A stretch of 64,000 nucleotides of DNA from an uncultured Nitrososphaerota archaeon (GCA_963701075.1 OY969559.1:32001-96000), one strand, 5' to 3'; numbered from the stretch's first letter, positions 20,774-32,234 are shown. Notes: generated from the sequence alone by a model not told the origin. Translations and numbers: made by a program.

Positions 20774-22333
20774 CTAAACTCCCACCAGTCCTTTCATGAA
20801 CGGAATTATTTGATTGAAAAATATATCGGGATCTATTCCAATAACAACTGTAAATCCTGACAATACCATCATAGGACCTGTTACGTACCAGTTTGCTTCT
20901 TTAGTATTTTCAAGATGCACTGGAAGTTTTCCAAGGAAGACTCTTTTTATCATCCACAAAGAATATGCCATGGTAATAACGGTCGCAATCAGCCCAAGCC
21001 CAAAGGAGATCATCCTAATTGTTGACCCTTCTTGAATTGCTGTCTGTAATGCACCATTGAACATAGTCCATTCTGCCATGAATCCACTTGTTGGAGGAAC
21101 GCCCACTATGGTGAGTACTCCAATCATTGCACAAGTTGCAGTGATTGGCATTTTTCCTGCAAGTCCACCCATCTTTGTAATGCTTCTAGTGCCAACCTGA
21201 AGAATAATTGCGCCAACCATCATGAAGAGAATTACTTTACCCAAGCTGTGCGATACAAACAACATTTCAGCGCCAGAAAGTCCCAAGGCCGAGGCAGAAC
21301 CTATTCCAAAAAGGATATACCCCATTTGACTAATACTTGAATAAGCAAAGAATTTTTTGATGTCATCTTGGACTAGTGCCATTATTCCACCATAGAGCAT
21401 GGTTCCAACTCCCCACAGGTTCAAAAACAAAGCAAAATGAGCATACTCTCCTGGCAAGAGCGCTATTAACAGTCTGAAGAAACCGTAAGCACCAACACCT
21501 AGCATTGCTCCAGATGATAGTGCGTTAAGTGGAGTCGGAGCTGCCCTATACGTATGTGGCAACCAGATATGCACAACAAATGCAGCCATCTTTACACCAA
21601 GCCCCACAATTATTGCCACCGCAGCAAGTGCCAAAAGACGATGTGGTATTCCATGTTCATGAATGTCAGCATAGTTGAAGCTGCCTGCATTGAATCCTAT
21701 TGTAAGAAAGCCAAGAAGTAGAATTACTGCTCCAACATGAGTCCAGAAGAAGAACAGTAGAGCAACCCTTCTTTTTGCCTCATAGCCCCAGAGTGCAATC
21801 ATAAAGAATCCTGGAATCAACATAACCTCAAAGAAGACATAAAATTCAATCAGATTTGTTGCAAGTATTGAGCCCAGCATGCCCATCGCCATAACAAGAA
21901 GAAGTGCATAGTAAATGCCGATCTGATGATTCACATAATTTTTCAATGATGATGCTTCTACCATTGCAGTTGGTCCATCACCAACTACCTGTTTTTGGGC
22001 ATGCATTTTTTCTTCATATTGTGCTGTGAGCTTGGCAACCATGTAGGGTTTTGAAAATAGAACCACGACTGTAGAGATTACATATATTATGATTGCAAAT
22101 GGTGATGCAAGACCATCCAACAATAGTCCAAATTCTCCAAATTGTTGTGTCCATGGATAATGTTCTTCGTATGTACCTGATAATGACGCCAGTGTAACTA
22201 GCGCAGTGCAATAAGTTAGTATTCCAAAACTGAACCATGTTGCAGCGTTTGGTCCTGATTTTTTTCCAAGATAATATGCTATTGGAGACAGTAACAGTGG
22301 CAGAAAAATTGCCTGAAGTAAAAGGTACTGCAT
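20774..22333 (-). CDS. nuoM: Complex I subunit M
   Basis: FYVFFE, HIWLP, AYSSISQMG antiporter-like motifs; operon position. Confidence 0.92.
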   Translation of the reverse strand: MQYLLLQAIFLPLLLSPIAYYLGKKSGPNAATWFSFGILTYCTALVTLASLSGTYEEHYPWTQQFGEFGLLLDGLASPFAIIIYVISTVVVLFSKPYMVAKLTAQYEEKMHAQKQVVGDGPTAMVEASSLKNYVNHQIGIYYALLLVMAMGMLGSILATNLIEFYVFFEVMLIPGFFMIALWGYEAKRRVALLFFFWTHVGAVILLLGFLTIGFNAGSFNYADIHEHGIPHRLLALAAVAIIVGLGVKMAAFVVHIWLPHTYRAAPTPLNALSSGAMLGVGAYGFFRLLIALLPGEYAHFALFLNLWGVGTMLYGGIMALVQDDIKKFFAYSSISQMGYILFGIGSASALGLSGAEMLFVSHSLGKVILFMMVGAIILQVGTRSITKMGGLAGKMPITATCAMIGVLTIVGVPPTSGFMAEWTMFNGALQTAIQEGSTIRMISFGLGLIATVITMAYSLWMIKRVFLGKLPVHLENTKEANWYVTGPMMVLSGFTVVIGIDPDIFFNQIIPFMKGLVGV

Positions 22334-22638
22334 TATCCTTTCAAGCTCCTAAAGTCCTCGATATCGATATTCTTGTACATTCTATACGCGACAATAATTA
22401 GTGCAAGTCCAACTGCAACTTCGGCTGCCGCAATTGCGATGGAAAAGAGGGCCAGTGTTTGACCTTGGCTGTTTGGAATGAATCTTGCAAATGCTACTAA
22501 ATTTAGATTTGCAGAATTGATTATCATTTCTATTCCAAATAACATTCTAATTGCATTTCGCTTTACTGCCATGCCATAAATCCCAATGGCCAAAAGAGCC
22601 ACTGAAACTAGAACAAAATCAATTAGCCCGTTGGTCAT
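22333..22638 (-). CDS. nuoK: Complex I subunit K
   Basis: GIEMIIN, AAAEVAVGLA. Confidence 0.92.
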   Translation of the reverse strand: MTNGLIDFVLVSVALLAIGIYGMAVKRNAIRMLFGIEMIINSANLNLVAFARFIPNSQGQTLALFSIAIAAAEVAVGLALIIVAYRMYKNIDIEDFRSLKG

Positions 22639-23131
22639 TTGTTATATCCTCCCTTTTTGCCAAAGTCAGAGCACCAATTACTGATGCAGCCAAAACCAGC
22701 GCCATAACTATAAGGGCTGGTGAATAATATGTAAGAAAGTCTGAGCCTATTTTCTTGTAGTCTACTGTCGGAGAGTTTGTTTCCATTGATTTTATACCAG
22801 AGCCAATAATTATCATACCAATGCCAAGCATCAATGCAAGCATGAGTCCTATTCCTGCATATCGCCTTCGCTTATCCTCGATCTTGTTGAATATCAGCTC
22901 ACGTCTTACTAACATCACAGTGAACAAAATTAGTACTGCAACAGAGCCTACATAAACCGAGAGTTGAAACATTGCTACAAAAGGCGCATCAAGTAGCAAG
23001 AAAAATCCAGCTATGCCAGATAATGTTATCATGAGCGCTATTGAACCATAAATCAGTGAACGAATCTCAAGTGCCACTATAGCACTGCCAATTGTTAAAA
23101 CAGAAAGAGCGAGAAATACCGCATCAACCAT
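22619..23131 (-). CDS. nuoJ: Complex I subunit J
   Basis: QLSVYVGSVAVLILF. Confidence 0.9.
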   Translation of the reverse strand: MVDAVFLALSVLTIGSAIVALEIRSLIYGSIALMITLSGIAGFFLLLDAPFVAMFQLSVYVGSVAVLILFTVMLVRRELIFNKIEDKRRRYAGIGLMLALMLGIGMIIIGSGIKSMETNSPTVDYKKIGSDFLTYYSPALIVMALVLAASVIGALTLAKREDITNDQRAN

Positions 23132-23621
23132 GTGTTGCACCCCTGTCAGTGATTTTTATTTCCACATCCTGTGATATCTTTGGCTTGAGAGCAAGCTGAG
23201 CAGGGGTGTAAATCAAAGCAGACTTGGTAAAAGATGAAAGCTCGTAATCATTTGTCATGTATAACGCATAGAACGGGCATGCATCAACACATAGACCACA
23301 AAATACACATTTGCCATAATCTATCTGTGGCATTATTGCCTTTTTGTTTTGTTTCCAAGTTTCATTTACCTTGACCATGCCAATGGCCTCTGCTATTCCT
23401 TCACATGCCACTGCACAAAGCTGACAACCTGTACAGTGTTCGTGGTACAGTATATGTCGACCTCGCAGCCCGGCTATTCCTACTCCTGTCTCTGGGTTAA
23501 ATTGAAAGCCATCACCTACGAATTTTAGCTTCTGCTCAGGATAGCGTAGCGTAAATCTTCTAACTGCAAGGTGTTTTACTCCTGAATTCAGTGCTTTTAT
23601 AATTCCGCCAGCAGTGCTCAT
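23124..23621 (-). CDS. nuoI: Complex I subunit I
   Basis: TLRYPEQ, CTGCQLCAVAC and CVFCGLCVDACP. Confidence 0.93.
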   Translation of the reverse strand: MSTAGGIIKALNSGVKHLAVRRFTLRYPEQKLKFVGDGFQFNPETGVGIAGLRGRHILYHEHCTGCQLCAVACEGIAEAIGMVKVNETWKQNKKAIMPQIDYGKCVFCGLCVDACPFYALYMTNDYELSSFTKSALIYTPAQLALKPKISQDVEIKITDRGATHG

Positions 23622-24919
23622 TGAATCAATCCTCCAGGCCCCAAGACACCTGCGTATAGCAATCCAAGAGCTATAAAGATGTTAATGAAGGCCAGACCTA
23701 TCAATTTGTACCAGCCAGTATGCAGTAACATGTCTATTCTAATTCTTGGGAACACACCACGTGGTAATAGAATTACAAGTATAACTCCGACAGTTTTTAT
23801 TACAAACCAGAGGGTTCCGTTGAGCATCTCTTGATCAAAGAGAGGAAGACCAGCTATCTTTGCTGTTATTGGCCCTATAGTGATTCCATTGGTTATCAGA
23901 TCTGGTGAAAGCGGTGGCCAAACCGAAGGTCCATTCCATCCGCCAAGGAATAATACGGTAAACAGTCCAGCGAATGCATATAACTTCAGGTATGTTCCAA
24001 GCTGAATAAGTCCATACATCATACCTGAAAATTCAGTTAACCATCCTGCTACTATCTCACTTTCTGCTTCTGGAAGATCAAATGGAACTCTCTCAAGCTC
24101 CGCAATTATACAAATGAAAAACACAATAGCGCTAATAGGTGCAAAGATAATCCACCAGTAATGTTGCTGTGATTCAACAATTTGTGAAAGATTCAGTGTG
24201 CCTGTTAAGATAACAATACTGAGCAAAGAAAGAATCAATGGGATTTCAAATGCGATCATTTGATGTAGTGCTCTCAGGCCACCAATGAACGTCCACTTGT
24301 TATTTGCAGCCCAAGCGGTAAGAACAGTGATTATTGGAAAGAATCCTATTGTAGCAAAAACTGCAAGTAATCCTACACTGGGATTTGCAACGACCCATCC
24401 AGGTGCAACTGGAATTAATGATACAAAAGCTGCTGCAGTGCCAAGAAACAGCAATGGCCCCACCCAGAAGATGGGCTTATCTGCTTTCGCCGGAATTATG
24501 ATTTCCTTTGATATCAATTTCAAGCCATCGCCCATCAGCTGAAGTATACCCTCTATTTTACCACAATAAAGAGGCCCAACCCTAAGCTGTATTTTGGCCA
24601 AGAATTTTCGCTCAATAAATATGGTAGCTGCTGCAAGAAGTGCAGCGAACCCAAATCCTGGAAATGCAACAACATGGAAGAATGTAGTGTGAAGTAGCGT
24701 CTTGATTATAGGCAACGTACGTGAGGGATCGGCCATCCACGTCATGGCCAGATACGGCGTCAATAATTGATGATTAACGATTGGCATTTTGATGTAAAAT
24801 AGTATGATAAAGACAATTGGAAGTCCAACAAGCGAGAATAGCAGTAGAATCCAGAATATTATATCAAATAGTGAACCAACGAATCTGCTGAATCTAAACT
24901 GCGGTGCAATTGTTGACAT
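23618..24919 (-). CDS. nuoH: Complex I subunit H
   Basis: ERKFLAKIQLRVGP, PFDLPEAESE. Confidence 0.93.
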   Translation of the reverse strand: MSTIAPQFRFSRFVGSLFDIIFWILLLFSLVGLPIVFIILFYIKMPIVNHQLLTPYLAMTWMADPSRTLPIIKTLLHTTFFHVVAFPGFGFAALLAAATIFIERKFLAKIQLRVGPLYCGKIEGILQLMGDGLKLISKEIIIPAKADKPIFWVGPLLFLGTAAAFVSLIPVAPGWVVANPSVGLLAVFATIGFFPIITVLTAWAANNKWTFIGGLRALHQMIAFEIPLILSLLSIVILTGTLNLSQIVESQQHYWWIIFAPISAIVFFICIIAELERVPFDLPEAESEIVAGWLTEFSGMMYGLIQLGTYLKLYAFAGLFTVLFLGGWNGPSVWPPLSPDLITNGITIGPITAKIAGLPLFDQEMLNGTLWFVIKTVGVILVILLPRGVFPRIRIDMLLHTGWYKLIGLAFINIFIALGLLYAGVLGPGGLIQ

Positions 24920-26053
24920 TTACCTGTCTGCCTCCACAGGCCAATAGTTAAGTCCCCAGTAAACAGCTGGCATGTTTCCCAACAGCTCGCCTTTTAACAA
25001 GTATGGCATACAAATCAAATTTCTAAAGGAACCAACACTAATCTTGACTCTGTACGGTTCTGGTCTGTTGTTTGACACTATGTAATATCCAAGTGATCCT
25101 CTGCCAGATTCTACCCTTTTGTACACTTCGTCGTTTCCGCCTTTTGGGTTTGGTTTTAGTTTTGTGCGTACAGAGCCTGACTTTGGCATCTTTCTTATTG
25201 CGTCTCTAATTATTCTACAACTTTCAAACATCTCAAGGTATGGAATGTAAGACCTTGCGTAAGAGTCACCTTCCTTCCTTACTACAGTTTCAAAATCCAA
25301 ATTTTCATAGACATCATATGGTTCCTTCTTTCGTAAATCAAAGTCCACACCTGAGGCCCTCAGAACAGAACCAGTAGTGCCAAGCCTTATTGCATCCGTT
25401 CTTGATAATATGCCGGTTCCTTCTGTTCTGCTTATTAAAAGTGGATTTTTGTAAAATATAGCTTGATACTCTTTCAATCTCTTTTCAAAATAGTCTACTT
25501 GTCTGAGGCATCTTTCTTCAAAGTTAGCAGGCAGATCATTTCGTATTCCACCTGGCACAAGATATGCATGAGTTACCCGTGCACCAGACATTGCCTCCAA
25601 AAGATCAATGAATAACTCACGATCTCCGGCTGGCCACATGAACATTGTAGAGTGACCCAAGAAGATGCCATAGATTGCAAGCCAGTAAAGTGTATAGACA
25701 CACCTATTGAGCTCAGATGCTATGACCCGAATGTACTTTGCTCGCTCCGGAACTTCAATTCCCAATAGTTCTTCAACAGCTAGACAATACGGATACAAAA
25801 TATTACATGAATCGTGAATTACTGGTCTTTCGAGGTGGGGAATGTTTTGAATGTAATTTCTGTACTCTGCCATTTTTTCTTCGCCGCGATGAACGTATCC
25901 TGGATCTGGATCGCATGAAACGATGTAATCCCCGTCTACCTTTATGATAAGTCTCATGTGACCTGAACCTGGATGTTGTGGTCCAACGTTGAGCGTCATT
26001 ATTCTATCATCTACTTTTTCAAGTTGGATTCCTGGAGGCAGTGGTGTTGTCAT
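24920..26053 (-). CDS. nuoD: Complex I subunit D
   Basis: LNVGPQHP, GYVHRGEEK, C-terminal EADR. Confidence 0.94.
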   Translation of the reverse strand: MTTPLPPGIQLEKVDDRIMTLNVGPQHPGSGHMRLIIKVDGDYIVSCDPDPGYVHRGEEKMAEYRNYIQNIPHLERPVIHDSCNILYPYCLAVEELLGIEVPERAKYIRVIASELNRCVYTLYWLAIYGIFLGHSTMFMWPAGDRELFIDLLEAMSGARVTHAYLVPGGIRNDLPANFEERCLRQVDYFEKRLKEYQAIFYKNPLLISRTEGTGILSRTDAIRLGTTGSVLRASGVDFDLRKKEPYDVYENLDFETVVRKEGDSYARSYIPYLEMFESCRIIRDAIRKMPKSGSVRTKLKPNPKGGNDEVYKRVESGRGSLGYYIVSNNRPEPYRVKISVGSFRNLICMPYLLKGELLGNMPAVYWGLNYWPVEADR

Positions 26054-26054
26054 C

Positions 26055-26699
26055 TTATCTTCCCTTTATCTTGAAATCTTTTCTAAATGGAGGAATGTCT
26101 GCCCAATCCTCTGGTAAAAGTAATCTCCTATTATCGGGGTGACCTTCAAAGTATACACCAAACATTTCAAAACATTCTCTTTCATGAAATTCAACGCTGT
26201 AAAACACCTCTCTTAGTGATGTCATTCTCGTGCTATCTTTTCCCGGATTTGGAATTTCCTCGCGCGGTACGCGGGTAGCAAGTGTTAGAACATGAGTAGC
26301 GAGTTTGTCATCGGTGTAAGACCCCAGATGATATACAACTTCAATTTCTTTCGAATCGGGATAATCTACACCAGAAACTGATTCAGCGTGATCATATCCT
26401 AATTCATCACGGATGAAAAAGGCTACATCTAAGATATTTTCTTTCTTTGTAGAGATTCGAATTCTACTTGATCTTACATAGTCTACATTTATTTTTGAAC
26501 CAAATTTTGAAGCAATTTTATCAGAAATAGATTTTTCAAATTCAGGTATTGGCTTAGGGCGAACGGGAGAGTCTGGAGAGAAATCGATGCCTTGTTCTTC
26601 ATACGATTTTTTTGTTTCATCTTTTGATAGAGACTCGGCATCTTCAGATGTCGCCGCAGTCTCACTGGGCTGTTCGTCCTTTTCAGTCTCCGAGCTCAT
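26055..26699 (-). CDS. nuoC: Complex I subunit C
   Basis: ERECFEMFGVYFEGHP, PPFRKDF. Confidence 0.92.
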   Translation of the reverse strand: MSSETEKDEQPSETAATSEDAESLSKDETKKSYEEQGIDFSPDSPVRPKPIPEFEKSISDKIASKFGSKINVDYVRSSRIRISTKKENILDVAFFIRDELGYDHAESVSGVDYPDSKEIEVVYHLGSYTDDKLATHVLTLATRVPREEIPNPGKDSTRMTSLREVFYSVEFHERECFEMFGVYFEGHPDNRRLLLPEDWADIPPFRKDFKIKGR

Positions 26700-26701
26700 T
26701 T

Positions 26702-27229
26702 TTATGCGCCCTTCATCCGTTTAATTTTTTCTTGAAGCAACATACATCCTTGAATGAGAGTTTCTGGTCTTGGTGGGCAGCCTGGAACATAGACGTCTAC
26801 TGGAAGTACACCGTCAATGCCAGGAAGCACATTGTATGAATCAAAATATAATCCTCCAGTAATTGCACATGCGCCCATAGCTATTACGTACTTTGGATCA
26901 GGCATTTGATCATAAACCATTCTTAACCTGGGCGCCATTTTTCTTGTAATAGTCCCCATTACTACGATTAGATCACATTGTCGAAGAGAACCAAATGCCT
27001 CTATAATCCCAAATCGCTCTACGTCATATCTAGGGCTTGAGGCAGCGCCGAATTCTACACTACAACATGCAGTCTCAAGGTGCACAGGCCATAACGACCA
27101 AATTCTGCCCCAATTTATAGCATAATCCAAAGGTTTGCCAATAGCCTTCACAAGTACTTCGCCTAGTTTTCCAACTAGCACATTAGTAGCATGCGGCGCA
27201 GTATCTTGATTAAAGAATTCTTTTAGCAT
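26702..27229 (-). CDS. nuoB: Complex I subunit B
   Basis: ACCSVE, MGACA, VPGCPPRP. Confidence 0.94.
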   Translation of the reverse strand: MLKEFFNQDTAPHATNVLVGKLGEVLVKAIGKPLDYAINWGRIWSLWPVHLETACCSVEFGAASSPRYDVERFGIIEAFGSLRQCDLIVVMGTITRKMAPRLRMVYDQMPDPKYVIAMGACAITGGLYFDSYNVLPGIDGVLPVDVYVPGCPPRPETLIQGCMLLQEKIKRMKGA

Positions 27230-27272
27230 TTCTCTTTCCTACCTCGAACTTCTTCAATATTTGATTTAAGAG

Positions 27273-27689
27273 TTACCAAATGTTTTTCCTTCCTGCTTGA
27301 TTCAAAGCATAGGCAAAAGCCGCAAACATTATCCCAAGAAAAGCAATAATTGGAAGAGTTGCCGTTTTTGGCAACCCAATAAGACTACTGCCCCATGCAT
27401 ATAGAAAAATCGACATCACGTCAAAGACAACAAACATCAAGACATAGGAATAATATTGCATCATGAAATGTGTACGTCCTTCTTCTTTTGGAACTTGACC
27501 GGATTCCATAGGAAGGAACTTCACTGGACTGCTAGTTTTTCTAGGCGCAATCATTCGAGAAAGAATCAAAGCTGGTCCTGTTGCTACAACTGCAAATCCA
27601 AACATTAGTAGAACTGGACTAAAACTACTCGCAACTTCTCCTACCAAAGTAGCTAACAAGCCAATCGGAGAGTATAAAAAGCTATGCAC
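27273..27689 (-). CDS. nuoA: Complex I subunit A (true start may be further downstream)
   Basis: ESGQ, QYYSYVLMFVVFDV; first gene of the operon. Confidence 0.9.
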   Translation of the reverse strand: MHSFLYSPIGLLATLVGEVASSFSPVLLMFGFAVVATGPALILSRMIAPRKTSSPVKFLPMESGQVPKEEGRTHFMMQYYSYVLMFVVFDVMSIFLYAWGSSLIGLPKTATLPIIAFLGIMFAAFAYALNQAGRKNIW

Positions 27690-27851
27690 ATTCTGCGATC
27701 ATTATTTTAATTTGAGAGGAATTTTTCATCGATTTTTTATAAATTAATCAATAATCTCTATTAATTAATTGGATAAAAATTTCTAAAAAAATTAAGCATG
27801 CATATGAATTCTTGAAGATGATTGATATATGACCATGGTCGAATTCTTTTC

Positions 27852-28322
27852 ATGGTAAACGTTGGAGACAAAGCACCATCTTTTACCTTGGTAGACACAA
27901 ACCTTAAGATGCAAAATCTAGACGACTTTAAAGGAAAGAAAGTAGTTCTTTCATTTTTTGTTGCTGCAAGTTCTCCTGTATGCACCAAAGAAATGTGTAC
28001 TTTCAGAGACAGTTGGGATGAGATCTCAAAACTTGGCGCCCAAGTAATTGGCATAAGCAATGATGGACCGTTTGCCAATAAGGCATTTGCAGAAATACAT
28101 CATCTCAATTTTCCTGTGCTTGGAGATTACAAAAGCCAAACTATCCGAGACTATGGAATACTAATGCCTGATTTGTTACATGTCAAAGGATACGATGCAG
28201 CTAAGCGATCTGTCTTTATTGTAGACGAGAAAGGGAATATTGTGTACAAGTGGGTTTCTGACAATCCCTTGATAGAACCAAACTACCAAGAAATAATTGA
28301 CTTCCTAAAGAAAGGAAAATAA
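27852..28322 (+). CDS. Peroxiredoxin (Bcp/AhpC-TSA family)
   Basis: VGDKAPSFTL, SPVCTKEMC, KRSVFIVD. Confidence 0.9.
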   Translation: MVNVGDKAPSFTLVDTNLKMQNLDDFKGKKVVLSFFVAASSPVCTKEMCTFRDSWDEISKLGAQVIGISNDGPFANKAFAEIHHLNFPVLGDYKSQTIRDYGILMPDLLHVKGYDAAKRSVFIVDEKGNIVYKWVSDNPLIEPNYQEIIDFLKKGK

Positions 28323-28360
28323 TTTTTCCTTAATTTTATTTTCGGATTTTTAACAATACA

Positions 28361-28873
28361 TTATTCTATTTCTGCAAGAACATCATTTTTTGCAACTGAT
28401 GCCCCTTGTTTTATTTTTAGAGATTTTACCACACCATCCTTGTGTGATTTAATTGAAACCTGCATCTTCATGGACTCTAAAACGCACACTACATCACCTT
28501 TCTTTACATTGTCACCTTGAGATACATTTATCGAAACAACCCTTCCAGGAATTTGGCTTTTCAAACTCACTTGTGAATCAGTAGCAGACTCTATACCAGA
28601 ATTTTTGTAAACGACCTTGTCTAAATCTGGATGTTTGTTAAAGGTTAGTTTGACTCCGTCTACCACCACCGTAATCTTTGATGTACTGTTTTCCAAGTAT
28701 TTTGTAATATGAAATGAATTATCTAGCATGAATTCAATTTTATCATGACCCATGTTTAGGATCTTTAGGTTGCGTTCATTATTTCCGAGTTTTATAACAA
28801 ATTCGTTATTTCCAAGCGACTTTACTATTGCGCCCTCTAGAGTTTCACCAGTATTTTCAAGTTTGAATTTCAT
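28361..28873 (-). CDS. accB: Biotin carboxyl carrier subunit of acetyl-/propionyl-CoA carboxylase
   Basis: LESMKM biotinylation motif. Confidence 0.9.
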   Translation of the reverse strand: MKFKLENTGETLEGAIVKSLGNNEFVIKLGNNERNLKILNMGHDKIEFMLDNSFHITKYLENSTSKITVVVDGVKLTFNKHPDLDKVVYKNSGIESATDSQVSLKSQIPGRVVSINVSQGDNVKKGDVVCVLESMKMQVSIKSHKDGVVKSLKIKQGASVAKNDVLAEIE

Positions 28874-28875
28874 CT

Positions 28876-30376
28876 CTAATTCCTATCCAAATGTGTTTTC
28901 CAGTGAGGGCTGTGTTCTTTGTGTGATCTTATCCTATTTTTTAGAAATTCAGAGTGTATTAGTGTAGCGGCTAGGGCAACCTCAGATTTTTGTGACGCTT
29001 CTTTTTTAAGATCATCGCGCAACCTGTCAAGAATCTTGAATCTATCAAGGAAATCAGTTGATAGATCTCCTGAAATGAATTCTTTACTATCAAGTATAGT
29101 CCTATAGAGCGGAATTGCAGTTTCCACTCCCTCTATGTAAAAGTCAGCGAGCGAAGTTTGCATTCTTTGTCTTGCCTCCTCAAAGTTTTGCCCCCATGTG
29201 ATAAGTTTTCCCATCAATGAATCATAATATGGCGAGACAGTGCATCCCGGATATAGGTAAGTATCCACCCTAACTCCCGGACCTGATGGAATGTTGACGT
29301 CGTAAATCCTTCCTGTGGATGGAGCAAAGTCAAGAAATGTGTCTTCTGCATTTATCCTACATTCTATTGCACAGCCATTTACCTTCAGGTCTTTTTGTTT
29401 GAATGGAATTTCTTTTCCATTTGCAATATCAATTTGCAATTTTACAAGATCAAGTCCCGAAACAAACTCGGTTACTGGGTGCTCTACTTGAAGTCTGGCA
29501 TTTATTTCTATGAAATAAAATGTACCGTCATCCAGTCTAAGAAATTCGGCAGTACCTGCATTAAGATAATCTACAGCAACTGCAGCGTTTACAGCTGAGC
29601 TGGCCTATTTCGTCACGTACTTTTTGATCAACCACGGGAGATGGCGACATCTCGATTAATTTCTGATGTCGTCTCTGAATAGAACATTCTCTTTCAAAAA
29701 TATGTACTGCGTTTCCGTGTTTATCTCTAGCTAATTGAAATTCAATATGTCTTATTTTTGGCAGAAACTTTTCAACAAAAAGTGCAGACTTGCCAAAGGC
29801 AGCTTTTGATTCACCTGACGCAAGTTCAAACGCCTGCTTGAGTTCATTGTCATCATGTACAAGTCTAATTCCCCTACCTCCACCACCAAATACTGATTTG
29901 AGCATAACTGGGTATCCTATATCATGTGCTATGTCAAGAGCTTTTTCTACCTCTTCAACAATTCCTGGGCTACCTGGAACGGTTGGCACTTTTGCTTTTA
30001 TCATTGCTGCTTTACACAACATCTTGTCTCCACAAAGCCTCATTGATTTTCCAGAAGGCCCTATGAAGTTGAGCTTCTTTTTTTCACAAAGATCAGCAAA
30101 GTCAGCATTTTCTGAGAGAAACCCATATCCCGGATGAATTGCATCAGCTCCACAACTTAATGCCGTCTCGACTATCTTTTCCATGTTAAGATAACTTTGT
30201 GCTGGAGAGGGAGGACCTATGTGGTATGACTCTGAAGCCATCTTGACATGTTTTGAATTTACATCTTCATCAGAATAGACTGCTACTGATTTTATTCCTA
30301 GAGCGTTACATGTCTTGATTACACGGATGGCAATTTCTCCCCTGTTTGCGATAAGAATTTTTTCTATCATATCCAA
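28876..30376 (-). CDS. accC: Biotin carboxylase subunit; frameshift at ~29597
   Basis: IANRGEIA, HPGYGFLSEN, GGGGRG, ECRINAED; halves join across AGCT[G]AGCT. Confidence 0.92.
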
Positions 30377-30377
30377 G

Positions 30378-31925
30378 TCAGAGATTTATGTTTCCATGTT
30401 TACGTGGAATTCTTCTCTCGCGTTTGTTTGCAAGAGCTTCTAAAGCACGAATGATAACAGGCCTGGTTTCAGCGGGATCAATCACCGTATCAATGGTACC
30501 ATAGGATGCAGCCACATATGGATTTGCAAATTTTTCAGTGAAATTATCAACAAGTTGCTTTTTGAGTGCCACGGGATCCTTTGCAGTCTCAATCTCCTTT
30601 CTATTCATAATTCGTACTGCGGCTTCCGAACCCAATACTGCGATTTGAGCCGTTGGCCATGCATAATTCATATCAGTGCCCAAGTTCTTGCTGCCCATCG
30701 CAATGTAAGCACCTCCATAGGCTTTTCCAATTATAATAGTGATTTTAGGTACGGTCGCTTCACAATATGCATACAAGAGTTTGCTTCCATGTCTGATTAT
30801 ACCGCCATGCTCTTGATGTGTTCCAGGCATGTATCCTGGCGTGTCAACAAGAGTGATAATTGGAATGTTGTAACAATCACAAAGTCTAACAAATCTTGAT
30901 GCCTTGTTTGATGAATCAATATCTAGTGCACCTGCCAACACCATGGGCTGGTTTGCTACAATTCCTACAGTTCTTCCATGCAACCTGCCAAATCCCACAA
31001 CAACGTTTGGAGCAAACAGTTCGTGAATTTCAAAGAACTGGTGATTGTCAACAATTGAGTGTATGATTTCTTTCATGTCATAAGGTTGCAATGCATTCTC
31101 AGGAACTATGTTTATCAAATTATTATCAAGTCTGTTTGGATCATCACCAGTATCTACTACAGGTGGTTCTTCAGTACTGTTTTGAGGCATGTATGACAAT
31201 ATGGATTTGACAATATCCATGCATTGATATTCATTCTTGGCAACGAAATGGGAAACACCGCTAATTTTTCCGTGCGACATTGCACCCCCAAGTTCGTCAA
31301 ATGAGACTTCTTCTCCAAGAACAGTCTTGACTACTTCTGGACCAGTTACAAACATGGTTGCAATCTTGTCTACCATTATAACAAAATCTGTCATGGCAGG
31401 AGAATATACCGCCCCACCAGCAGAGGGGCCTACACTACAAGTAATTTGAGGAACTACACCGGAAGCAAGTTGATTGCGATAGAATATACTGGCAAATCCA
31501 TCGAGACTTAGAATTCCTTCCTGAATTCTAGCACCTCCTGAATCTGCTATTCCAATTATTGGGCACCCTGCACGTATTGCATGTTCCATGATTTTGGTTA
31601 TTTTTTTGGCTCCCATCTCGCTTAATGTTCCACCAAGAACTGTAAAATCATAGGCAAAAAGGAAAACTTTACGACCATTTATTGTTCCATAGCCAGTCAA
31701 TACACCATCTCCAAAGAATTTTTTATTTTGCATGTCAAATTCATGATAATGGTGTGTCGCAAGAGCATCAATCTCTGTGAAACTGCCTTCGTCAAGTAAA
31801 AGATCTACTCTCTCTCTTGCAGTAAGCTTACCTTTTTCATGCTGAGATTGAATTTTTTCTTCTCCGCCACCCTGTTCTGCTTTTCGCTTCTTCTGTAAAA
31901 AATTTTTCAATTTTTCAGAGTGCAT
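30378..31925 (-). CDS. pccB: Carboxyltransferase subunit of acetyl-/propionyl-CoA carboxylase (3HP/4HB cycle)
   Basis: GKLTARER, DSGGARIQEG, GKAYGGAY, KHGNINL. Confidence 0.93.
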   Translation of the reverse strand: MHSEKLKNFLQKKRKAEQGGGEEKIQSQHEKGKLTARERVDLLLDEGSFTEIDALATHHYHEFDMQNKKFFGDGVLTGYGTINGRKVFLFAYDFTVLGGTLSEMGAKKITKIMEHAIRAGCPIIGIADSGGARIQEGILSLDGFASIFYRNQLASGVVPQITCSVGPSAGGAVYSPAMTDFVIMVDKIATMFVTGPEVVKTVLGEEVSFDELGGAMSHGKISGVSHFVAKNEYQCMDIVKSILSYMPQNSTEEPPVVDTGDDPNRLDNNLINIVPENALQPYDMKEIIHSIVDNHQFFEIHELFAPNVVVGFGRLHGRTVGIVANQPMVLAGALDIDSSNKASRFVRLCDCYNIPIITLVDTPGYMPGTHQEHGGIIRHGSKLLYAYCEATVPKITIIIGKAYGGAYIAMGSKNLGTDMNYAWPTAQIAVLGSEAAVRIMNRKEIETAKDPVALKKQLVDNFTEKFANPYVAASYGTIDTVIDPAETRPVIIRALEALANKRERRIPRKHGNINL

Positions 31926-31961
31926 GTTTCGAATTAGAAGCGACTTTCAACCTATATTAAT

Positions 31962-32234
31962 TTACTCAGGTTTGACTTCTCGAATTCCGTCACGGCCACC
32001 TTTTGCATTTCTAAAAACGTTCATTCCAATGTGATAGTTCTCCCATAAACCCTCCAAGACCTGCAATTGTTCAGCTGCTTCTTGCATGGTCTCTTGGCTC
32101 GTATTTGGATCGGATTGTAGTTTTCTGACCTTTTCTTTAGTCTCTGCAAGTAAGGTTTCAAGTCCTACCTCATAGTTTGACTCCCCGTGGAATATCGGAT
32201 CAACTGGAGTGATCTTCGTTGTACTTTCTGGCAT
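31962..32234 (-). CDS. Hypothetical protein
   Basis: 90-aa ORF filling the gap, co-oriented with neighbours. Confidence 0.6.
   Translation of the reverse strand: MPESTTKITPVDPIFHGESNYEVGLETLLAETKEKVRKLQSDPNTSQETMQEAAEQLQVLEGLWENYHIGMNVFRNAKGGRDGIREVKPE

Noticed and set aside
17194-27689. Complex I lacking nuoEFG, with M before L
   Set aside because: This is the normal arrangement in AOA; there is a single nuoM.
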